Virus record (IMG/VR): IMGVR_UViG_3300034782_000041
Span: 1-10,406 of that record
Reading direction: 5' to 3' (one strand)
Length of the DNA stretch: 10,406 nt
Source of the DNA: a virus
The number at the start of each line of letters is the position of its first letter. Positions within the stretch are counted from its first letter, which is position 1. The notes under the pieces are model-generated. The model saw only the letters and a program-made list of their open reading frames with translations. It ran no database searches and was not told the DNA's origin. Shown piece after piece: positions 1 to 6,517 of the stretch. Position numbers and translations under genes: made by a program.

Positions 1-12
1 CTATCGCCGACA

Positions 13-297
13 TCATCTCCGCTTTCGACGTACGACGATATCGCTGTCGCCCCACTCAGCGCGTCCCGGAAGGCGTCCCTCATCGTCGAGAAACGCAATC
101 GCTGCACGCGCAGCGTCGTCGTACGCTGCCGGTGAATCAACCGCGCGCGTTAGATGAGCGGGGGGGCCAACCCACATCACCTGGCAGTCACGCTCCGCTC
201 GGTTGGGTGCGATCCGACAAACAGTCGCTTTGTACTGATTGTCCCGATCGACGAACTTGATGTGGATGCTGAGGTTTCCTGACCAACGCCGGGCCAT
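13..297 (-). CDS. Hypothetical protein (94 aa), third gene of a 3-gene minus-strand operon
   Basis: ATG at 297 sits 6 nt downstream of a strong SD (GAGGAGGAGGAG, 304..315 on the minus strand). That SD directly follows the TAA stop (318..320) of the upstream small gene. The longer listed ORF 13..408 needs a TTG start with no SD. Stop is TGA at 13..15. Confidence 0.5.
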   Translation of the reverse strand: MARRWSGNLSIHIKFVDRDNQYKATVCRIAPNRAERDCQVMWVGPPAHLTRAVDSPAAYDDAARAAIAFLDDEGRLPGRAEWGDSDIVVRRKRR

Positions 298-317
298 ACG
301 CTGCTCCTCCTCCTCAG

Positions 318-476
318 TTAGCGCCGACGTCTGCGTCTGCGCGGTTTGGATCCTGACAAGTGCTCTGCCACGCAAGCACGGAACTTCCCTCCAGGGAGGC
401 CTTTGCAAGCTTTGGCGGCCTGCTTCATGTTGTTCTGTGCCTTCTTCTGAGCTGCGGACGATCGCCGTTTTGCCAT
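318..476 (-). CDS. Small highly basic protein (52 aa) with a C-terminal Arg7 tail
   Basis: ATG at 476 is preceded by GAAGGAAGG (SD) with a 9-nt spacer. The SD overlaps the TGA stop (493..495) of the upstream membrane-peptide gene. Sequence MAKRRSSAAQKKAQNN...KPRRRRRRR. Stop TAA at 318..320. Confidence 0.45.
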   Translation of the reverse strand: MAKRRSSAAQKKAQNNMKQAAKACKGLPGGKFRACVAEHLSGSKPRRRRRRR

Positions 477-492
477 GATGGTATACCTTCCT

Positions 493-702
493 TCAGTCAC
501 CAAAGATCGCGTCGGTCAGTTTCCAAACAAAGAGCGCGCCTACGATGAGAGCCGTTCCCACGCCGACGTAGTAAATGGTCTTGCTGACGTCCTTGACCGT
601 GTCTACGCCTGGAATGTCCGACCCGAGCCCACGATCAATGGCCGCCCGACGATACCAGTACGTGGTCGGTTCAGAGGCTCCTACCTGCACCGCAGTAAGC
701 AT
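493..702 (-). CDS. Small membrane protein (69 aa) with one C-terminal TM helix (TIYYVGVGTALIVGALFVWKL)
   Basis: ORF whose stop is coupled to the downstream gene's RBS. There is a clear hydrophobic helix. The SD upstream of ATG 702 is weak. Confidence 0.45.
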   Translation of the reverse strand: MLTAVQVGASEPTTYWYRRAAIDRGLGSDIPGVDTVKDVSKTIYYVGVGTALIVGALFVWKLTDAIFGD

Positions 703-727
703 ACTTGCAACCTATCATTGATTGAGA

Positions 728-1210
728 ATGGGGTCTACTGATAGGCTATTCGTACGCATGAGCTACGTCAAAGATCAACTGGCATTGGCGGCAGCCGAAG
801 GGGAGCCGAAACTTCCTACTTACCGAACTATCGCAGACGTTCTCGAAAAGAAGAACGGATCTGGTATTCGGTTAGCCGGATGGACAGTCGCGCGGACGTT
901 TCTCATCATGCCGGGAATGCTCGCGGTAGGCGTCTCACCTAAGAAGGCGTTTGTCGGATCTATCCTATCGTCCAGCCTGATCAGCATGCTCGCGTTGATT
1001 CGGATCTACAACGCAGGTTTCGCGGAAGATGCCGAACGTTGGGCACGCATGAAGCGCGCGCAGAAGCTCGAACGTTGGGAACGCCGTCAGGCGCCTGCGG
1101 CGTTGGGGAGTGGCTGGGAGAGGCGTCGGCAACGACAAGCAGGCCGCTACGAACAGCATCGCGCGCGGATTCAAGCTCGACACCTACGCAGGCGCCAACA
1201 ACAAAGGTAG
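728..1210 (+). CDS. Membrane protein (2-3 TM segments) with an extremely basic R/Q-rich C-terminal tail; start uncertain (TTG 722, ATG 728 or ATG 758)
   Basis: Hydrophobic segments (FLIMPGMLAVGV; FVGSILSSSLISMLALIRIY). TAG stop at 1208..1210 lies inside the SD of the next gene, indicating coupling. It is divergent from the 493..702 gene. Confidence 0.5.
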   Translation: MGSTDRLFVRMSYVKDQLALAAAEGEPKLPTYRTIADVLEKKNGSGIRLAGWTVARTFLIMPGMLAVGVSPKKAFVGSILSSSLISMLALIRIYNAGFAEDAERWARMKRAQKLERWERRQAPAALGSGWERRRQRQAGRYEQHRARIQARHLRRRQQQR

Positions 1211-1217
1211 GATTGCA

Positions 1218-1502
1218 ATGCCCCGAGGGTTCGGATCTCCACAGCAACTTCACACACGCAAAGCACGTAACGCGTTTCAGGACGCCAACGAGTTTCTGCA
1301 CCGCGCAGCGATGGCGATGATCAAAGGCGATTGCGTTACCGCATTCGACGAACTCAAGCTGGCGGAGAAGTCACGATCTGTCGCTCTCAGTCAGATGCTT
1401 GACTCGGACCTGTCAGCAGCGTCACGGCATCGTTTACAGCAAGGGCTTGACCGCTTTCTGAACGTCGAGAACCGTTTCGTCAAGCGGTGCCTCCGCAAAT
1501 AG
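1218..1502 (+). CDS. Hypothetical protein (94 aa)
   Basis: ATG 1218 is preceded by AAAGGTAGG (SD) with a 6-nt spacer. The listed ORF 1110..1502 shares this frame but would overlap the upstream gene by 100 nt. Stop TAG at 1500..1502. Confidence 0.5.
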   Translation: MPRGFGSPQQLHTRKARNAFQDANEFLHRAAMAMIKGDCVTAFDELKLAEKSRSVALSQMLDSDLSAASRHRLQQGLDRFLNVENRFVKRCLRK

Positions 1503-1506
1503 CACG

Positions 1507-2673
1507 CTAGCGCTGGGTTGGTGACGCAGCAGCGACGACACGTTGTTGTGCAAGCTCAACATACTCAGCGTTCATTTCAACACCTAGAAAGCTTAGCTCC
1601 TCGTATGCGCAAGCTACACCCGTCGTTCCTGAGCCTGTAAACGGGTCGAGCACGACCCCCCCTGGGGGTGTAACCAAACGCGCGAGCCATCGCATCAGCG
1701 CGACAGGTTTGACTGTCGGATGGTTGTTGCTTTGATCGCCGAGTCCAGCATCCCGTTCCTTCTTCGTTGCTTTGGCGCAATAGAAGAAACGTGACACGCC
1801 ACCAACTTGCGTGTCGAGCAGTGCCGCGGACTCTTCATCCAAGACCAGATTTGCCGGCCAGCGACCACCGTCTTTGCCGGCGATTTCAGATCGGTTTGCG
1901 CTTGTCCACCCCGACGCTGACGTTGTCGTCTTGCCGAGTCTACGGACCAATGTCTCGTCTGTAGTAATTCGGCAACCGTCGATGTTGAGTGCGCCTGTAT
2001 GATGCCGAAGAACGTTCTTGGCCACGGTGCCAATCAGAGGTTTACGTATCAATAGGATTGGCTCCCAAGCAGGCTTGAGCGAAGTTCCCCATCCCTCCCA
2101 TTCAGTAGCAGCGCTCGGTTGTTGCTTGGCGACGGCCTTCGCGACATCAAGTGACTTCGGAAAGCCTTGTCCGTAGATCCAGGCAAGGCAGTCTCTGAGT
2201 TCCCAACCTACATCCTCAAGCGCACACGCTAGTCGATGATACGTACGCGTGCCGCCGAACACTACACCGTACGCACCGGGTTTCACAACCCGTAGTACCT
2301 CACGTGCCCACTGTTCGTGCCACGCTTGCATTTGGTTCCAGCGATCATCTGCCTGAGAAAAATCTGGCTCCGCGCAAACGCACGGAGATCCGCCGTGAGA
2401 CAGGTGGCCACACTTGCGGCATCGCAGCTCGTTCCAGCCTCGATTCAACGGCCAGGGCGTTGTACGCTCACCGATACCAGGCTTTGAAGCGCGACCGGCC
2501 CCCGTCGTGTATTCGGGGGCCTTACCACCTAACCGATCCCAATCCTTACCCATGAACTCCAGCCCGTAGGGCGGATCAGTAACCAATGCATCGATGAAAG
2601 GTTGGTTGATCCTACGTAAGACCTCCACACAGTCTCCGTGGATCAGCCGCTGCAATGGCGAGGACATACCCAC
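1507..2673 (-). CDS. DNA methyltransferase, beta-class amino-MTase (N6-adenine or N4-cytosine; Pfam N6_N4_Mtase-like)
   Basis: N-terminal LIHGDCVEVLRRI (motif X-like). DPPY (motif IV) is encoded at 2566..2577. C-terminal VVLDPFTGSGTTGVA (motif I, FxGxG) is at ~1620..1660. The order IV-before-I is the beta-class permutation. Internal VVKPGAYGVVFGG and LLIRKP segments are typical of the family. A Cys cluster C-x2-C-x9-C-x-C (RCRKCGHLSHGGSPCVC) is encoded at ~2374..2421. Start is GTG 2673 or ATG 2667, directly after the stop of the upstream gene. Confidence 0.9.
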   Translation of the reverse strand: MGMSSPLQRLIHGDCVEVLRRINQPFIDALVTDPPYGLEFMGKDWDRLGGKAPEYTTGAGRASKPGIGERTTPWPLNRGWNELRCRKCGHLSHGGSPCVCAEPDFSQADDRWNQMQAWHEQWAREVLRVVKPGAYGVVFGGTRTYHRLACALEDVGWELRDCLAWIYGQGFPKSLDVAKAVAKQQPSAATEWEGWGTSLKPAWEPILLIRKPLIGTVAKNVLRHHTGALNIDGCRITTDETLVRRLGKTTTSASGWTSANRSEIAGKDGGRWPANLVLDEESAALLDTQVGGVSRFFYCAKATKKERDAGLGDQSNNHPTVKPVALMRWLARLVTPPGGVVLDPFTGSGTTGVACAYEELSFLGVEMNAEYVELAQQRVVAAASPTQR

Positions 2674-2958
2674 TCAGATCTGGCCGTTGTGCGTTTTAGC
2701 CCAAAACAGTCGTCTGCACCATGAAGATCTCCAGGCACGCAGCTCGTCGTAGGTGTCGCCCTCATCACTAACTTCTGGATACGGATCGTAACCTAGCTCA
2801 GGCCACTCTCGATCCCACTCATCTAACCGATCCACGAGATCCATGGCAAATAGGCGCAGAAGAGTCGCGTAATCTACCAATGCCTGGCGATCCTCCGCCT
2901 TACTACCTTTCTCAGCCAGCACACGCTCACACAGTGCATCAAATTCACGTGTCCGCAT
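2674..2958 (-). CDS. Small acidic hypothetical protein (94 aa), co-oriented with and immediately upstream of the methyltransferase
   Basis: ATG 2956..2958. TGA stop at 2674..2676 abuts the MTase start (overlapping or a 6-nt gap), implying co-translation. Acidic, Trp-rich sequence with no recognisable motif. Confidence 0.55.
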   Translation of the reverse strand: MRTREFDALCERVLAEKGSKAEDRQALVDYATLLRLFAMDLVDRLDEWDREWPELGYDPYPEVSDEGDTYDELRAWRSSWCRRLFWAKTHNGQI

Positions 2959-3051
2959 GGATTAGGACCCTACCACGCAGAGCTGACAACGCTGTTTGTC
3001 ACACCGTCATGGTACAACCCGCGCATCAACGACTACCAAAGGTGATACACC
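2959..3051. promoter_or_regulatory. Divergent intergenic region (93 bp) containing a near-palindrome TGACAAC-GCT-GTTTGTCA (2984..3001)
   Basis: It lies between the starts of divergent genes (2958 minus, 3052 plus). The inverted repeat is one base away from perfect. -35-like hexamers (CTGACA, TTGTCA) are present. This is an operator/promoter candidate. Confidence 0.4.
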
Positions 3052-3540
3052 ATGGCAACAGCAGTCAGACGAAGAACCCAAGGACAGCCACAGGCGCAGC
3101 CGCAGCCGCAGCCAGCCGCGAAACCAGAATCGACCGGCAAGAAAACGCGCAACGTGCTCACTTGGAAGGAACGTAACCTCAAGCAGGCAACCAGAGCCAT
3201 GCAGTGGCTTGAACGGCTTGACGACGAGCTGGCACGTAGCAGCGTAGAGACAACAGATCCCGGCAGCACGAAGGTCTACCTCCAGGGGATCATCGAGACG
3301 TTGATGTCCACCGCTGACGAGTGGAAACCGGCGCCGAAGACGCGTAGCGCACTCAACGTCGGCGACACAATCACGTTCAAGGATGACACCGCAGTGCAAA
3401 ACTACGGCTTCATCGAAGCGGTTCATGAACGGATAGAGGGTGCTGTCGTGGACAGCGTGTTCGACAAGAACACCGTCATCGTGATGCTGAACGACGGCGA
3501 GAAGACGCTCATTCAGAAGCGTCACCTCCAGCGGTTGTAG
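3052..3540 (+). CDS. Hypothetical protein (162 aa) with an N-terminal basic/PQ-repeat region (QPQAQPQPQP) and a C-terminal small beta-rich domain
   Basis: ATG 3052 is preceded by AAAGGTGAT (SD) with a 5-nt spacer. Protein composition is sensible. The antisense ORF 3007..3576 has R/S/L-rich spurious-looking composition. Confidence 0.6.
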   Translation: MATAVRRRTQGQPQAQPQPQPAAKPESTGKKTRNVLTWKERNLKQATRAMQWLERLDDELARSSVETTDPGSTKVYLQGIIETLMSTADEWKPAPKTRSALNVGDTITFKDDTAVQNYGFIEAVHERIEGAVVDSVFDKNTVIVMLNDGEKTLIQKRHLQRL

Positions 3541-3541
3541 T

Positions 3542-5971
3542 CTAGCTTTCTGGCTGCGGTCGCTCAACCTCCTCAACGTCGATCACGTTCGAGGGCTGTT
3601 GTACCTCGACCTCGACCTCGTCGGTGAGGATCTTCACGCAGTCTACACGATACGGATCAGGCGCTTCGGGAAGGATCACGTCCATGAACTCCGCGAAGCG
3701 TCCCTGCTTGAACAACTCCTCGAAGGCCTGGATCTCGATTCCGTTCGCGCTGACGTAGTTGACGCCCTTCAGGATAGCGTCGATGGCTGCGCTCGGGTCG
3801 AGACCTACGATGTTGCCTTCCTCATCGATCACGCCTTCCTCAGCTAGCTGCGCGATCATTTGAGGATCACCGTTCGCTTCCTGGAAGCGTTCCAGGTTTT
3901 CGAGGAACGTCCGTACGCCAGTCCGTAGCCGCGTTACGGACTCCAAAGCTACGCCGAACCATTCCTCGTCGGTATGGCCTGCACGACGCATTGGGATGAC
4001 CTTCGCAGCCACCGTCTGGCCCGTTTTTGGGTCAGTCACGCCCTCGTCCATGTCGATAGGCGGTTTGGGTGCCGCAGGCTTTCCAGGCCGAGGTCGCGCA
4101 GTCGTTGGTGGCGGCGGCTCAGCACCGCTAAGCCCAGCTGTAGCCGCCGCACCGGGTTGATCTGACTTTCCGTTGCCTTTTCGAGTGGGCCCGGTGTGGC
4201 CGCTGCGCGTAGTGAACTCGGCGTCCTTCTTCGCCTGTGCTTGTTGAGCCGCTGCGGCTGCCGCCGCGGCTTGTGCTTGCATCGCGGCTGCACGAACTTG
4301 CGCTTCGCCCTGCGCCTTCGCGGCAGCAATGCGTGCTTCACTTTGTGCTTGGGCTGCTTTCATTCCGATGTAGCGCTCAGCCATCTCGCCGGCACGGCTC
4401 AGTCCCTGCTCGATGATTCGAGCAGCAGGCGGTTCTGGCGCTCCACCGGTCAGCTGTGCAACCTGTTCGATGGCATTACGCATCGTCCCGAAGATGCCGC
4501 CGAATGTCTCGGTGACGTTCTTCAGCAACATGTCGGTGCCCGAGCTGGAATCGCGGATGATGCCGGCGAGGGCCTGCGGCGTCATCATCATCTGTGCCAT
4601 GCGGTCGCTTGACATCTGCTGCATGCGAGCAATCTCGCGCAGGTTCTCTGCCTGCATGCGCGCCTGTTCCTGCGAGAGCCGCGCATTCTCCTTCATGTAC
4701 TCGACCATCGCATCGGGACGGTTCGCAGTCGCTTCCTTGAGTGCGATCTGCATTCGACCCTCTTGTTCGCGCATCTGCTGTGCAAGCTGTTCTTGCTGTC
4801 GCTGCGACTCCCAGCGTTCCCGTTCGTGTTGCTGCTGAGCTTGCTGGATCCGCGCCTCCTCATGCGCTTTCTGGATCTCCAACTCCAGCGTGCGAAGTCG
4901 GGGATCGTCGGTCGGCTTCTCAGCAATCTTGCCGATCGCCTCTTGCATTACCCGAAATTGCTGCGCGAGCTGATCGCGTTCCCGTTCACGTTCTACGCGC
5001 TGGCGTTCTTCACGTGCGCGACGAACCTCCTCGTTCTCTTTGTCCTTGTTGCCTTCCCCAAGCCGCCGGATTTCGTCTCGCAGCGTCTGCATCTCGCTGG
5101 CATGCTGCTGCTGCGCGCGTTCGAGCGCAGCCTTGTGCTCGATTTCTCGTTGGGCCAGCTCGCGCTGCCTCAGCTCTTCATCTCGACGACGAATCTCCTC
5201 TTGGAAGCGCTGACGCTCTTGCTCACGCTCCTTCTGACGCTCGCGCTCTTCCCGCTCGCGCTCACGCCGCTCATAGTCCCGCTCCCAACGGCGCGACGAT
5301 GAGCCGTTGTTGTCGCCGAAGCCACGCAGCGATGTCGGGTGGTACGGCGCACCGTACGGCGTCCCATACGGCTGAGGGTACGGCGGAGGCCATGCGCCTG
5401 CCGTATTCCAGGGACCCGGTTGTGGCAGCTGAGGGGCCTGCTGAGGGGCCTGCTGTGGCGCTTGTGGGGCCTGCTGCGGTAGTTGGTAGTTCGGGTAGCC
5501 GAACGTTGATGCTGGTGGAGGCCAGTGGGAGTTGCTCATACCAAACGGAACTCCTTGTTGCGAGACCGGTTGCGCAACGGGTGCTTGCTGTGGATTCACG
5601 GGCACACCCGCCGGAAGTGCCTGCGGGCTGAGTTGAGCAGCTGTTGCTTGATTCGGTGGGACCTTCTCAGGATAGGTGCGTGGATCGTAGACGCTCTCCC
5701 ACTTCATTGTCTCGCCGTTGGCATCCGTAACCGAGAAGATGTAGTAGCCGCCACCTGACCACTCGGTGAGGAGCCAGTTTTCCAGCGAGAGCACGTCTTC
5801 GCGCGACCAGTTCGTTCCAGGAGGGGCTCCGTCGCCTTTGCCTGGAATCTCGATGCTCATTGAGGAGGAGCCGCGCTTTTTCTGGACCCGCACGCTGATA
5901 GGTTCTTGCATGCGTTGCAGCTTCGCCTGATCGAATTCGAGGGGAGTCTTGATCCTGGTTGGGGTTGCCAT
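3542..5971 (-). CDS. Large (809 aa) low-complexity multi-domain protein: N-terminal globular domain, P/Q-rich linker, long ER/K-rich charged single-alpha-helix/coiled-coil, poly-Ala helix, G/P linker, C-terminal globular domain with an acidic tail
   Basis: Uninterrupted 2.4-kb ORF. Domains read directly from the translation. The N-terminal domain is aa 1-100, including NWSREDVLSLENWLLTEWSGGGYYIF. QAPQ repeats and PYG repeats span aa 100-215. RERERE/EELRQRE runs span aa 226-460. AQAQAAAAAAAAQQAQA is at aa 540-585. The G/P-rich linker is aa 586-650. The C-terminal domain is aa 660-780. Plus-strand ORFs across this span have typical antisense A/R/P/S composition. The RBS upstream of ATG 5971 is weak. 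Confidence 0.75.
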   Translation of the reverse strand: MATPTRIKTPLEFDQAKLQRMQEPISVRVQKKRGSSSMSIEIPGKGDGAPPGTNWSREDVLSLENWLLTEWSGGGYYIFSVTDANGETMKWESVYDPRTYPEKVPPNQATAAQLSPQALPAGVPVNPQQAPVAQPVSQQGVPFGMSNSHWPPPASTFGYPNYQLPQQAPQAPQQAPQQAPQLPQPGPWNTAGAWPPPYPQPYGTPYGAPYHPTSLRGFGDNNGSSSRRWERDYERREREREERERQKEREQERQRFQEEIRRRDEELRQRELAQREIEHKAALERAQQQHASEMQTLRDEIRRLGEGNKDKENEEVRRAREERQRVERERERDQLAQQFRVMQEAIGKIAEKPTDDPRLRTLELEIQKAHEEARIQQAQQQHERERWESQRQQEQLAQQMREQEGRMQIALKEATANRPDAMVEYMKENARLSQEQARMQAENLREIARMQQMSSDRMAQMMMTPQALAGIIRDSSSGTDMLLKNVTETFGGIFGTMRNAIEQVAQLTGGAPEPPAARIIEQGLSRAGEMAERYIGMKAAQAQSEARIAAAKAQGEAQVRAAAMQAQAAAAAAAAQQAQAKKDAEFTTRSGHTGPTRKGNGKSDQPGAAATAGLSGAEPPPPTTARPRPGKPAAPKPPIDMDEGVTDPKTGQTVAAKVIPMRRAGHTDEEWFGVALESVTRLRTGVRTFLENLERFQEANGDPQMIAQLAEEGVIDEEGNIVGLDPSAAIDAILKGVNYVSANGIEIQAFEELFKQGRFAEFMDVILPEAPDPYRVDCVKILTDEVEVEVQQPSNVIDVEEVERPQPES
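5400..5480. repeat. In-frame tandem ~12-nt repeats (GAGGGGCCTGCT-like) encoding the QAPQ repeats of the 809-aa protein
   Basis: gaggggcctgctgaggggcctgctgtggcgcttgtggggcctgctg is seen directly. Coding low-complexity, on the minus-strand gene. Confidence 0.6.
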
Positions 5972-6096
5972 AGCGTGACGATACGCAGAGTCTTAGTTGT
6001 GTGCAAGAAATTCCCGAGATCGCGTCCGCGATCAAACGCCGAACGGCAACAAATTCGGTTGCTGGGGGTAACCCAGCGTGATACCGATAGTTAACT
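5972..6096. promoter_or_regulatory. Divergent intergenic region (125 bp) with several inverted repeats: GATCGCG-TC-CGCGATC (6018..6033), GCAAC-N7-GTTGC (6046..6062), and a perfect 12-bp palindrome ATAGTTAACTAT (6087..6098) overlapping the ATG of the downstream gene
   Basis: Seen directly in the sequence. It lies between the start of the 809-aa gene (minus) and the start of the 6097 operon (plus). A partial direct repeat AGCGTGA(C)GATAC occurs at 5972..5985 and 6075..6090. Confidence 0.45.
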
Positions 6097-6516
6097 ATGG
6101 CGATTGACAGAATGATTGTTCCGAAGGATCGCGTGTTTGAACGCGGACGTGGTTGTTACAACTGCCGACACTTCGAGAACGGTGAACTCGCGCGCAATCA
6201 TTGGCGTTCCCGTCGGCCGCAAGACGAGATAGCAATCCTCGAACGCACTGGGGGCATCGCCAACCTGGGCACAATCTCACCCAACGATCAACGCTTCCAG
6301 TCACTAAATGACATGGAAAAAGCAGTGATGATGGGGCAGGCCGGAATGTGCATGGTGGGGAAAGTCCAAACAGACTTTGTGCACTTCAAATACCTCTGCG
6401 ACGCCTGGACTGGAAAAGAAGGTGCGTCAGCGGCAACCGAAGGACATCCGCTAGATCCACTACCTGCTGAGCTGAAAGAGATCGCAGAAGCCCGCGCGAA
6501 AAAGCACGAAGACTGA
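6097..6516 (+). CDS. Hypothetical Cys-containing protein (139 aa; GCYNC...CMVGK...C), first gene of a coupled plus-strand operon
   Basis: ORF with sensible composition. Its stop TGA 6514..6516 is followed one base later by the next ATG. No strong SD; the start lies within the AT-rich palindrome. Confidence 0.55.
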   Translation: MAIDRMIVPKDRVFERGRGCYNCRHFENGELARNHWRSRRPQDEIAILERTGGIANLGTISPNDQRFQSLNDMEKAVMMGQAGMCMVGKVQTDFVHFKYLCDAWTGKEGASAATEGHPLDPLPAELKEIAEARAKKHED

Positions 6517-6517
6517 G

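Noticed and set aside
13-408. Full-length 131-aa minus-strand ORF
   Set aside because: It requires a TTG start with no SD. An internal ATG at 297 has a strong GGAGG-type SD. The upstream segment is better explained by the separately coupled small basic ORF 318..476.
1110-1217. Upstream extension of ORF 1110..1502
   Set aside because: It would overlap the membrane-protein gene by 100 nt. An SD-supported ATG at 1218 directly follows that gene's stop.
3007-3576. 189-aa minus-strand ORF
   Set aside because: It is antisense to the RBS-supported 3052..3540 gene. It has R/L/S-rich composition with Cys clusters and no start context.
4741-5631. Plus-strand ORFs of 296, 179, 141 and 138 aa (4196..5631 region)
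   Set aside because: They are antisense to the 809-aa gene. Their composition is dominated by A/R/P/S/L, typical of non-coding frames in GC-rich DNA. There is no RBS context.
5672-5971. Possible GYF-like motif (EWSGGGYYIF) in the N-terminal domain of the 809-aa protein
   Set aside because: Only a short GGYY/W-rich resemblance. The order of the conserved Trp/Gly-Pro-Phe elements does not match the GYF consensus, so it is not called.
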